From Dehalococcoidia bacterium (lineage in GTDB: Bacteria; Chloroflexota; Dehalococcoidia; Lucifugimonadales; Lucifugimonadaceae): a stretch of 64,000 bases of DNA. A program made the translations under genes and the position numbers. Below the pieces are notes generated by a model. The model worked only from the letters and a program-made list of their open reading frames with translations, searched no databases and was not told the origin of the DNA. Each line of letters begins with the position of its first letter. Position 1 is the stretch's first letter. The stretch is from positions 6,328-70,327 of the forward strand of contig DAOUJE010000044.1 of assembly GCA_034423055.1 (NCBI GenBank), read 5' to 3'. Below are positions 46,801-55,120 of the stretch, in pieces.

Positions 46801-49335
46801 CTAGTTCATCTCGATGGGATCTACGTCTACGGTCCAGCCGGGGCCGAGTGGGACTTGGTCTAGGATGGCGGCGGGCTGATCGGCTTTCAGTAGGATTTGC
46901 CAGCGGTATCGGCCGGCGCGGCGCGCGGGAAACGCCGGGGACGGGCCGGCTACATCGACGTTCATGTCGGTTTCACTTTCGAGGAAATCATCGAAACGAG
47001 TTCGAACGCTTCGGGCTTCCATCTCTGCATCGTTGCTGTCGAATGCACTGTATGACAGGCGAACGTATGACGAAAACGGTGGCAGGTCGAAGTAGTGTCG
47101 AGTCGCTATTTCCTGTTCGTAAAATCCGACGTAATCCTGTGCGGCGGCGGCGGTGATGGCGAAATGGTCGGGTTGAAAAGTCTGAATGATCGATAGGCCA
47201 GGCTTGTCAGCGCGTCCGGCTCGACCTGTGACTTGGGAGAGTATCTGAAACGTCCGCTCTGCCGACCTGAAGCTCGGGACCGCCAATCCGATGTCTGCGG
47301 CGATCACTCCGACGAGGGAAACGGTGGGGATATCCAATCCCTTGGCGACCATTTGGGTTCCGATGAGGATGTGATTGCCGTCGCTCTGAAACTCGTCGAG
47401 CAATCTCGTGTGCTCGGACGAATTGCGAGCGGTGTCAGAATCCCAGCGCAATATGGGCGTGTTGGGGAAAAATCCGCGCACTGCTTCTTCTACGCCCTCG
47501 GTGCCAGCCGCACGACGCGCGATGCCGGCACCGTCACAGTTTCGGCACTGCCTAGCCGCGCCGACGGAGTATCTGCAGTAGTGACACTGCAATCGGCTAC
47601 CCCTTCCCTGACGCGGATTTCGATGCAACGTCAGTGGTGTTTGGCAGTTTGGACAGGTGCGGATCGTGCCGCACGATAGACACTGGACGAAGGACGCGCT
47701 GCCGCGTCGATTGATGAAGAGGATCGACTTCTCACCGCGTTCAACGTTCTCGCTGAGAGCCTCGAGCAATTGACGACTGAGCATCTCACGATGACCATCT
47801 TGAATCTCGATCCGCATGTCTACGATCCGCGACTCGGCGTATCCGGAAGTTTGGCGGAGTAAACCCCCTTTAATTCCCCCTTGAGCATCAAGGGGGAGGG
47901 ACGGTCGCGACATGCCCAGCGCCTCGTTGATGCGGCGCGGAAGTTGCAGGAGAGTGATCGGAACGGAAGTATTTGGGGCGGTTGCTCGCTGATATGTGCC
48001 GATATCTGGCGTCGCACTACCGAGCACCAACGCCGCTCCGGAAAGTTCGCAAAGCTTATCAGCTACGTCACGGGCGTGGTACCTGGGTGCGCGGTCGCTT
48101 TGTTTGAACGTCCATTCGTGCTCTTCGTCAATGACCACCAACCCGAGGTTTTCGACCGGTGCGAAGATGCTTGAGCGAGAACCGATAACGACGTTGTACC
48201 TGCCGTTTCTGATTTGATGCCACTGATCGAACCGTTGACCCATCGTGAGTCCGGAGTGCTGGAGCGCTATTTGACCGGGGAATCTACTGGCAAAACGTTG
48301 CAGCGTCTGCGGTGTCATGGCGATCTCTGGCACCATGATTATTGCGCGCCTGCCTTCCGCGACGCACTTCTCGACGGCGCGCAGGTAAACCTCTGTTTTG
48401 CCGCTACCTGTGACGCCAAACAGTAAGAAAATATCGCGCTTACCTGATGCTTCAGACTGATCGATGCTGGCAGATATCGCGTCTATTGCATCTCTCTGTT
48501 CCGGCGTCAATTCATGACTGATCGCGTCCTGCACCGCGTAGTCTGCTAGCGGGTCCCGTTCAACTCGGACCTGCATCACTTCGGCCACGCCATCGTCGAT
48601 TATTGCCCTAACTATGTGATTGCCGAAGCGTTTCGAAAGATCGGCGCGGACGACAGGGTTCGGGGTTGAAGCGAGATACCGGGCAAGCTCCACCCGTCGA
48701 TGAGCGCGACGTTCCAGGTATCGCTCTACCGCTTTTCCCACATCAACATCATCGGACATCTTGATGTGCGCTTTGAAGACTGCGCTGGCACGCGGGCGTT
48801 CCCAAATCGATTCCTCGATCACGATCCCGTTCCGCACCAATGCATCAAGGTGTCTTTCCTTATACCTGCCGATCTGCCTTACAAGTCGGTCGCGGCGGAC
48901 TCGGCCGGTATCCGGAATCTCGTGCAGAACTTCGCGTTGTTCGCTGGTAATCGCGAAGCCAGTCAGGATGTCATCAACTCGTTCCGCCAGTTCGCCGCGT
49001 GAAACCCAGATGTGAAGTTGCTGGTTGGCACCAGGCGGCAACATCGCCACGCAAGCGCGAAAGATGTTCGTCCGATAGTAGTCGGCTATCCAAATCGCAG
49101 TTTCGAGGAGATGTTGCGAGATGAACGGACCGTCATCGACAACGCTGTCGATTTCACGGACGTTATCGGTGTCGCAGGTCTCGGATACTGAAATAACTAT
49201 CCCTTGGATGGGGCGATAGCCGAACGGCACCCAAAGCAGATCTCCCGGTTGAACGGTTGTGCCTTCGGGAACTGCGTATGTGTACGTGCGAAGTCGATCC
49301 CTATCGGAGAAGTCAACTGCTACCTCGACGAACAT
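46801..49335 (-). CDS. priA: Primosomal protein N' (replication restart helicase PriA)
   Basis: MFVEVAVDF...YTYAVPEG, LLFGVTGSGKTEVY, VVIDEEHE, LGSATP, Cys-rich CLSCGTIRTCPNCQ...CHYCRY. The track ORF extends to 49377. Confidence 0.9.
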   Translation of the reverse strand: MFVEVAVDFSDRDRLRTYTYAVPEGTTVQPGDLLWVPFGYRPIQGIVISVSETCDTDNVREIDSVVDDGPFISQHLLETAIWIADYYRTNIFRACVAMLPPGANQQLHIWVSRGELAERVDDILTGFAITSEQREVLHEIPDTGRVRRDRLVRQIGRYKERHLDALVRNGIVIEESIWERPRASAVFKAHIKMSDDVDVGKAVERYLERRAHRRVELARYLASTPNPVVRADLSKRFGNHIVRAIIDDGVAEVMQVRVERDPLADYAVQDAISHELTPEQRDAIDAISASIDQSEASGKRDIFLLFGVTGSGKTEVYLRAVEKCVAEGRRAIIMVPEIAMTPQTLQRFASRFPGQIALQHSGLTMGQRFDQWHQIRNGRYNVVIGSRSSIFAPVENLGLVVIDEEHEWTFKQSDRAPRYHARDVADKLCELSGAALVLGSATPDIGTYQRATAPNTSVPITLLQLPRRINEALGMSRPSLPLDAQGGIKGGLLRQTSGYAESRIVDMRIEIQDGHREMLSRQLLEALSENVERGEKSILFINRRGSASFVQCLSCGTIRTCPNCQTPLTLHRNPRQGRGSRLQCHYCRYSVGAARQCRNCDGAGIARRAAGTEGVEEAVRGFFPNTPILRWDSDTARNSSEHTRLLDEFQSDGNHILIGTQMVAKGLDIPTVSLVGVIAADIGLAVPSFRSAERTFQILSQVTGRAGRADKPGLSIIQTFQPDHFAITAAAAQDYVGFYEQEIATRHYFDLPPFSSYVRLSYSAFDSNDAEMEARSVRTRFDDFLESETDMNVDVAGPSPAFPARRAGRYRWQILLKADQPAAILDQVPLGPGWTVDVDPIEMN
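47861..47902. repeat. Palindromic repeat element copy lying in frame inside priA
   Basis: aaaccccctttaattcccccttgagcatcaagggggagggac. Its arms match 53684-53708 and 53997-54009. It has a 7-bp palindrome CCCCCTT/AAGGGGG. Confidence 0.55.
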
Positions 49336-49439
49336 GTTTAATGCGCCCCTATCGACGCAGAAAGGATAGCGCGGCACGTTACGGGTGGTTCCCGCATGAA
49401 ACTAAGGTTAGTTGGCGAAGGTAAATGGTTACCAACGCC

Positions 49440-49495
49440 TGAGGATGGACGTTCCGTCCGCTGAAGCGCCGGCCTTCGCCGGAATGACGGGAGTG
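49440..49495. repeat. Short GC-rich palindromic repeat segment downstream of rplS
   Basis: ggacgttccgtcc hairpin and gcgccggccttcgccggaatgacggg, which shares the GGAATGAC motif with 46698, 53929, 53951 and 54044. Confidence 0.45.
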
Positions 49496-49496
49496 G

Positions 49497-49850
49497 TCAG
49501 CGTCGTTCCTTGATGCGAGCGTGACGGCCGGTAAGTCCGCGCAGGTAGTAGAGGCGCGAACGTCGAACCTTGCCGCGGCGGGTAACCTTGACAGATTCGA
49601 GCAGTGGGCTGTGGTACGGAACAATGCGCTCCACGCCGATGCCATACGAGACGCGTCGGACCTTGAAAGTCGAACCTGGGTTCGGGATCTTATCGTTGCG
49701 GTACCGACCGGCAATCACGTTCCCCTGGAAAGCCTGCACACGCGTACGGTCGCCTTCGCGAATGACCATGTTTACAGTGACGGTATCGCCCGGCTGAAAC
49801 TCGTCGATTTGCGCCTTCGGGCGGGTTTTGAGCATCTCAGTCGGATTCAT
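49497..49850 (-). CDS. rplS: 50S ribosomal protein L19
   Basis: FQPGDTVTVNMVIREGDRTRVQAFQGNVIA...RRGKVRRSRLYYLR. The ATG at 49850 was chosen; the track ORF extends to 49925. Confidence 0.9.
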   Translation of the reverse strand: MNPTEMLKTRPKAQIDEFQPGDTVTVNMVIREGDRTRVQAFQGNVIAGRYRNDKIPNPGSTFKVRRVSYGIGVERIVPYHSPLLESVKVTRRGKVRRSRLYYLRGLTGRHARIKERR

Positions 49851-50006
49851 GGCGTTACTATTCCTGCGACAACGGTTGTCTTGGCTGTTGTTGGTCGGCA
49901 CACCGTTCAAAGCGGATACGCGCATAGATGAATCTAGGTATGTGCGCCAAACATTTAAGTATATTTCACCGCTTCGGAGGTTCAGCGGGCGGTGTCGCGC
50001 AACCCA

Positions 50007-50819
50007 TCATCCGTCCGACAGCTGAGCCAGTTCTTCGCCGCGTTGAAACGCAGCTAATACTGCCTCAATCGATGCGTTGCGAAATCCGCTGGCTTCCAGT
50101 GCTTGCAGCGCAGCGGCTGTCGTTCCTCCGGGCGAAGTCACCATATTCCGCAGTTCTGCAGGATGCTTGCCGGTCTGTTTCGCCAACGCCGCGCTGCCCA
50201 ACACCATTTGGATCGCCAACTCACGAGCATCGGCGTTCGTCATTCCAAGCTGTACCGCCCCGTCGATCAGTGCTTCGATGAAGACGAAGACGTAGGCCGG
50301 CCCGCTCGCGCTCAGCGCGGTCGCGATGTCGACGAGTTTTTCGTCCTCGAAGTAGACCTGTACCCCGAATGATGAGAGCATTTTAGCTGCGAATTCTCGC
50401 ATCTCGAGCGAGACGGTTGGCGATGCGGTCCACGCGGTTGCGCCGACACCGACTTGGCTGGGCGTGTTTGCCATGATCCGGATCAGGCGGTCGCAACCGA
50501 TCTGGTCGATGATCGTTTTGGCTTGAACGCCAGCCATTATTGACATAAACGTGACGCGATCCGATTCTTTAGCCACGTTGGAGATTTCATCGGCAACTTC
50601 GGCAAGTTGCTGAGGTTTTACGGCAAGAACGGCAAGTTCAGCGGCAAGTACCGCGTTGACGTTGTTCGCCGCGACAGTGACGCCGTACGTGTTGGCGAGA
50701 TACAAAGCGCGTTCAGGTATCGGCTCGCTGACGACGATATTGACATCGAGTGCGGCCTCTCTCATGCCGGAGATGATCGCCTCCGCCATGACACCTCCGC
50801 CTATGAATGAAACGTTCAT
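50007..50819 (-). CDS. proC: Pyrroline-5-carboxylate reductase
   Basis: MNVSFIGGGVMAEAII...VTSPGGTTAAAL. Confidence 0.85.
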   Translation of the reverse strand: MNVSFIGGGVMAEAIISGMREAALDVNIVVSEPIPERALYLANTYGVTVAANNVNAVLAAELAVLAVKPQQLAEVADEISNVAKESDRVTFMSIMAGVQAKTIIDQIGCDRLIRIMANTPSQVGVGATAWTASPTVSLEMREFAAKMLSSFGVQVYFEDEKLVDIATALSASGPAYVFVFIEALIDGAVQLGMTNADARELAIQMVLGSAALAKQTGKHPAELRNMVTSPGGTTAAALQALEASGFRNASIEAVLAAFQRGEELAQLSDG

Positions 50820-51086
50820 TGCTGATGTACTCGCAGGGATTCGCTGCCCAAAAGTAAAAGACGCACCCGCTATCGAGGGTTTGGCACCGTGTTGTCGATT
50901 ATATGGTTCGCAACTCTCGCCCCATTCCGATTCGCTGCATGATTCAGTTCATCGCCAGTCTCAGTTCGCGCGTTGTATGATTGCGTACTCCATACTCGTT
51001 GGCTGACTGCCGACGCCGACCTAAGCCTGACACGCCATTTGAACCGGTTGTCGGGTGTTTTCGCGCGTTCAGGCTGTCTAACTCGC

Positions 51087-52085
51087 ATGGATCACAGTAT
51101 GCCGCAGATAATCGTCGAAGACCTAGTGAAACGCTTCCGTATCTCTGAACGTGATGCCGGGGTTTGGGGCGCTATACGTGGCATTGTCCGTCGTCGATAC
51201 CATACGGTGGACGCGCTGGACGGCGTGAGTTTTTCGATCGAACCGGGAGAGTTGGTCGGTTACATCGGCCCGAACGGCGCCGGAAAATCGACGACCGTCA
51301 AGGTGATGTCCGGCATCCTCGTTCCGGATGCTGGGCGTTGCGAAATCTTGGGGCGCGTGCCTTGGCGGAAGCGCACGGAACACGTGAGTCGGATCGGTGT
51401 CGTGTTCGGACAGCGCACCCAACTCTGGTGGGATTTACCAGTGATCGAATCGTTCGATCTTCTGCGAGACATCTATCGCATTCCGCGCACGGAATACGCG
51501 ACGAACCGCGACGCGTTCATCGACGTGTTGAATATCGAGTCCTGCTTGGATGTTCCGGTGCGTCAGCTGAGCTTGGGGCAAAGAATGCGTTGCGACCTAG
51601 CCGCGGCGTTGCTTCACTCTCCCGACATCCTTTTCCTCGATGAACCGACGATTGGCATGGACGCGGTATCGAAGCTCGCGTTCCGAGAATTCATCAAACA
51701 GTTCAATCAGGAACGCGGCACCACTGTCATATTGACGACCCACGACATGGATGATATCGAAGTCATCTGCGACCGAGTAATGATCATCAGCGATGGCAAG
51801 ATCGTTTCCGACGGAACCCTTGATGAATTACGACGGCGGGTGTCATTGGAACGTCGGTTGGTAGTCGAATTGGTCGATAACGTCAATGAGCCCACTATCC
51901 ATCCCCTTGCCAACCTCGCAAGTCGCGACGGTAAGCGAATTCACATCCAGTTCGACCCACACCAGATTTCCGCGGCGGATCTGATAGCACACGCTACATC
52001 TCAGAATCAGGTTCAGGACCTTTTCGTGGAGAATCCACAGATCGAGGAGACGATCGCCCGCATCTATGAGGATCAGGGGACTTGA
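51087..52085 (+). CDS. ABC transporter ATP-binding protein
   Basis: GPNGAGKSTT, LSLGQRMRCDLAAAL, ILFLDEPTIGMD. The start is 51087 or 51099; the track ORF starts at 50973. Confidence 0.8.
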   Translation: MDHSMPQIIVEDLVKRFRISERDAGVWGAIRGIVRRRYHTVDALDGVSFSIEPGELVGYIGPNGAGKSTTVKVMSGILVPDAGRCEILGRVPWRKRTEHVSRIGVVFGQRTQLWWDLPVIESFDLLRDIYRIPRTEYATNRDAFIDVLNIESCLDVPVRQLSLGQRMRCDLAAALLHSPDILFLDEPTIGMDAVSKLAFREFIKQFNQERGTTVILTTHDMDDIEVICDRVMIISDGKIVSDGTLDELRRRVSLERRLVVELVDNVNEPTIHPLANLASRDGKRIHIQFDPHQISAADLIAHATSQNQVQDLFVENPQIEETIARIYEDQGT

Positions 52086-52873
52086 TCAGCTACTGGGCAA
52101 TCGTCAGTGCTCGGTTCAGGAGCCTGCTGCAGTACCGGTCCGCCGCTTTGGCAGGACTCGTGACGCAGATCGTCTGGGGCATGATCCGAGTCATGATCTT
52201 CCAGGCTTTCTACAGTTCGACGAACGCTGAGCAGCCGATGAGCGGCAGCGATGTAGAGACCTACATCTGGCTTGGTCAGGCATTTCTCGCGGCATTGCCT
52301 TGGAACATAGATACAGATTTGCGCTCATTGATCAGGTCTGGCGGCATCGGTTATGAGTTGATACGGCCTGTCGATCTCTATTCGTACTGGCTCAGTCGCG
52401 CACTCTCTTGGCGAACCGCGCCGATGCTGATGCGTGCGATTCCGTTGCTGATATTCGCGTTTGTCGTCATGGGCATGTCGCCGCCGGTTTCTTGGGCCGC
52501 GGCTGCGGCATTCTTTGTCTCGATGTGTGCCGCGATCCTGTTGAGCAGCGCGATCACGACGTTTTTGAACGTGACTATGTTATGGACGATTACCGGGGAC
52601 GGTGTCACGCAGATGACGTTCGGCCTGGTTTTGATTTTTTCTGGCATGCTGGTACCGCTTCCGCTCTACCCTGATTGGTCGCAGCCGATCATCAACGCGA
52701 TGCCATTCAGAGGTCTTGTCGATACTCCCTATCGGCTCTACCTCGGACACATCCCGGTTTCGGAGTTTCCTCAACACCTCGCACATCAGCTGGCATGGAT
52801 CGTTGCGTTCGTGATTGCCGGGCGCATCGCGATGGCGAGAGCGTTACGTCGTGTCGTGGTGCAAGGGGGTTGA
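52082..52873 (+). CDS. ABC-2 family transporter permease
   Basis: 263-aa multi-TM ORF overlapping the ATPase stop by 4 nt. Confidence 0.65.
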   Translation: MISYWAIVSARFRSLLQYRSAALAGLVTQIVWGMIRVMIFQAFYSSTNAEQPMSGSDVETYIWLGQAFLAALPWNIDTDLRSLIRSGGIGYELIRPVDLYSYWLSRALSWRTAPMLMRAIPLLIFAFVVMGMSPPVSWAAAAAFFVSMCAAILLSSAITTFLNVTMLWTITGDGVTQMTFGLVLIFSGMLVPLPLYPDWSQPIINAMPFRGLVDTPYRLYLGHIPVSEFPQHLAHQLAWIVAFVIAGRIAMARALRRVVVQGG

Positions 52874-52875
52874 TA

Positions 52876-53679
52876 ATGCTGGACAGTCTTTTCGTTTACA
52901 GGCGGTTTCTCACCGTTTCCCTTCGGGCGCAGATGCAATACAAAGCGTCGTTCCTGATGCAGCTCGGTGGCCGCTTGATCATCACTGCTGGGGAGTTCAT
53001 GGCGATTCTTGTACTTTTCGATCGATTCGATTCGCTCATCGGATGGAACGTCTACCAAGTCGCATTCATCTACGGCATCGTCAACATCTCCTTCGCCGTG
53101 GCTGATGCAATGACTACGGGCTTCGATCTGTTCGGTGACATGGTCAAGACTGGCGATTTCGATCGCATCCTGATTCGTCCACGATCTACCGCGTTACAAC
53201 TAGCCGGGCAGGAACTGACTTTGCGACGCATCAGCCGGTTGACGCCGGGGCTGGTAGCGCTGACATGGGCAGCAATGAATCTCGACCTGAATTGGACCTT
53301 TGCCAACGCTTCGTTGTTGACGCTTTCGGTCGCGGGCGGAGCGTCGTTGTTCGCCGGGTTAATCGTGTTGCAGGCGACCATCGCATTCTGGACCACCGAA
53401 ACGTTGGAGATGATGAACACATTGACCTACGGCGGTGTCGAAACAACGCAGTATCCGATCAACATCTACCGTCCGTGGTTCCGCAACTTCTTCACTTTTG
53501 GGATACCGCTGGCGACCGTGAGTTACTTTCCCGCGCTGGCTATCATGGGTGTCTCAGACCCGCTGGGGACACCGATTTGGTTCCAATACTCGGCACCAGT
53601 CATTGGAATCGCATTCCTCATCGCCTCGCTCCAAGTCTGGAGGATTGGAGTGAGGCACTACCTTTCGACGGGGAGTTGA
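52876..53679 (+). CDS. ABC-2 family transporter permease
   Basis: The ATG at 52876 lies 2 nt after the upstream stop (the track ORF start at 52675 overlaps it). Multi-TM. Confidence 0.65.
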   Translation: MLDSLFVYRRFLTVSLRAQMQYKASFLMQLGGRLIITAGEFMAILVLFDRFDSLIGWNVYQVAFIYGIVNISFAVADAMTTGFDLFGDMVKTGDFDRILIRPRSTALQLAGQELTLRRISRLTPGLVALTWAAMNLDLNWTFANASLLTLSVAGGASLFAGLIVLQATIAFWTTETLEMMNTLTYGGVETTQYPINIYRPWFRNFFTFGIPLATVSYFPALAIMGVSDPLGTPIWFQYSAPVIGIAFLIASLQVWRIGVRHYLSTGS

Positions 53680-53683
53680 ATCT

Positions 53684-54057
53684 AAACCCCCTTGTATTCC
53701 CCTTCAGGCATACGCATGATGCAAAAATCAGGTTGTGTCGTCATGTCAACATTGGAGTGGATCCTGTTGCCTGGCAGGCCACCCTCGGTCATGTCATTCT
53801 GAACGGAACCTCCTGCCATGTCATTCTGAACGGAACCTCCTGCCATGTCATTCTGAACGGAGCGCAGCGGAGTGAAGAATCTCGTACGGCATCCCCAGGA
53901 CGACTTTATGAGATTCCTCGCTGCGCTCGGAATGACAGCGCGAGGCGCTCGGAATGACAGACTGCCGGTCGCGTAATTTCGCATCACGCGTGGCATTAAG
54001 GGGGAGGACATGGTGGTCACCCCTCTGGATTCCGGCTTTCGCTGGAATGACGCAGAT
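53684..54057. repeat. Composite intergenic repeat island
   Basis: Contains aaacccccttgtattccccttcagg (53684-53708), a 27-nt tandem repeat, gtcattctgaacggagcgcagcggagtgaagaatctc, two ctcggaatgacag units (53926-53960), ttaagggggaggac (53997-54009) and ctggaatgacgc (54041-54052). Confidence 0.75.
53790..53870. repeat. 27-nt direct tandem repeat, 2 perfect copies plus a partial third
   Basis: catgtcattctgaacggaacctcctgc at 53790-53816 and 53817-53843. The third copy, starting at 53844, diverges after catgtcattctgaacgga. Confidence 0.9.
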
Positions 54058-54058
54058 G

Positions 54059-55066
54059 CTAGGCGATGCCTCGCCGCGTTGCCAAGGCAACTGCGAGTTT
54101 GATGGCTTCAACCATGCTGGTGGATTGGGCCATATTCTTGCCGGCGATGTCGAAAGCTGTGCCGTGGTCAACCGACGTGCGAATGAACGGGATTCCGAGA
54201 TTCACCGATACCGACTCCTCGAATCCATGAACTTTGATGGGAATGTGTCCTTGATCGTGGTACATCACCACGACGACGTCATACATGCCGTCGATAGCTT
54301 GATTGAATACGGAATCCGCTGGGTGAGGGCCTGTAGCATCAATGCCTTCAGAGCGGGCTAACTCGATCGCTGGGTAAATCTCTTTGGCTTCGGTGTCGCC
54401 GATAAGACCGTTGTCGCTTGCGTGAGGGTTGAGTGCGGCGACTGCGATCCGCGGGTTTCGAAAGCCCCAACGTTTGAAGTGTTCGTCAGTTATCCGAACC
54501 GCCGTGACAACGTTCTCAGTTGTGACAAATGCACACGCTTCAGGTAACGACTTGTGCGTCGATAAGTGCATGCAGCGCAAGATACCGCTCACGAGCATCG
54601 TGTAAACGTTCGCGCTATGGGTGAGGCGCTTGAAGACCTCTTGGTGCCCGAGGTCGTCTGTGCCCGAAATCTGCCAAGATTCCTTGTTGACGGGAGCTGT
54701 GACCATGGCATCGATTTCGCCTGCCAAGCACATCTTCGCGGATGTCTCTACCCACTCGTGGGACGCTCGCCCCGAATCGGCGGAGTGCTTGCCCTGCGGA
54801 AATTCAACGCCCTCGTAGGCGCCGACACTCAACACCGACACGACCTCAGCGGAATCGGGCGTTTCTGCAGGTTCAGCGATGCGTTCTACCGGGATGTCTG
54901 TCCCTGTTTCAGCCACTGCTTGGCGCACAGATTTCTCGGTGCCAACGACGAACATACGCGCCGAATCGTTGATCTCGGGATCGGCAAGTGCTTTTACAAC
55001 CACTTCGGGGCCAATGCCCGAAGGGTCGCCCAAAGTAAGGGCCAAGAGCGGTTTGACGCTGTTCAT
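54059..55066 (-). CDS. pdxA: PdxA family dehydrogenase (4-hydroxythreonine-4-phosphate dehydrogenase-like)
   Basis: LALTLGDPSGIGPEVVVKAL, MYHDQGHIPIK, VDHGTAFDIAGK. Confidence 0.8.
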   Translation of the reverse strand: MNSVKPLLALTLGDPSGIGPEVVVKALADPEINDSARMFVVGTEKSVRQAVAETGTDIPVERIAEPAETPDSAEVVSVLSVGAYEGVEFPQGKHSADSGRASHEWVETSAKMCLAGEIDAMVTAPVNKESWQISGTDDLGHQEVFKRLTHSANVYTMLVSGILRCMHLSTHKSLPEACAFVTTENVVTAVRITDEHFKRWGFRNPRIAVAALNPHASDNGLIGDTEAKEIYPAIELARSEGIDATGPHPADSVFNQAIDGMYDVVVVMYHDQGHIPIKVHGFEESVSVNLGIPFIRTSVDHGTAFDIAGKNMAQSTSMVEAIKLAVALATRRGIA

Positions 55067-55120
55067 CTTCCGACCTCGGCTCTGTGAATCAATCTGCTCG
55101 TCGTTCGTCGGTACCTGTTA

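Noticed and set aside
53790-53870. Direct repeats as a possible CRISPR array
   Set aside because: The 27-nt units are directly adjacent with no spacers, there are only 2.5 copies, and no cas genes are in the window.
53265-54171. Track ORFs 53265..53957 (+), 53682..54020 (-) and 53848..54171 (-)
   Set aside because: They run through the repeat island or out of frame through the permease gene. Their peptides (e.g. VILNGTSCHVILNGTSCHVILNGAQRSEES) are simply translated repeats.
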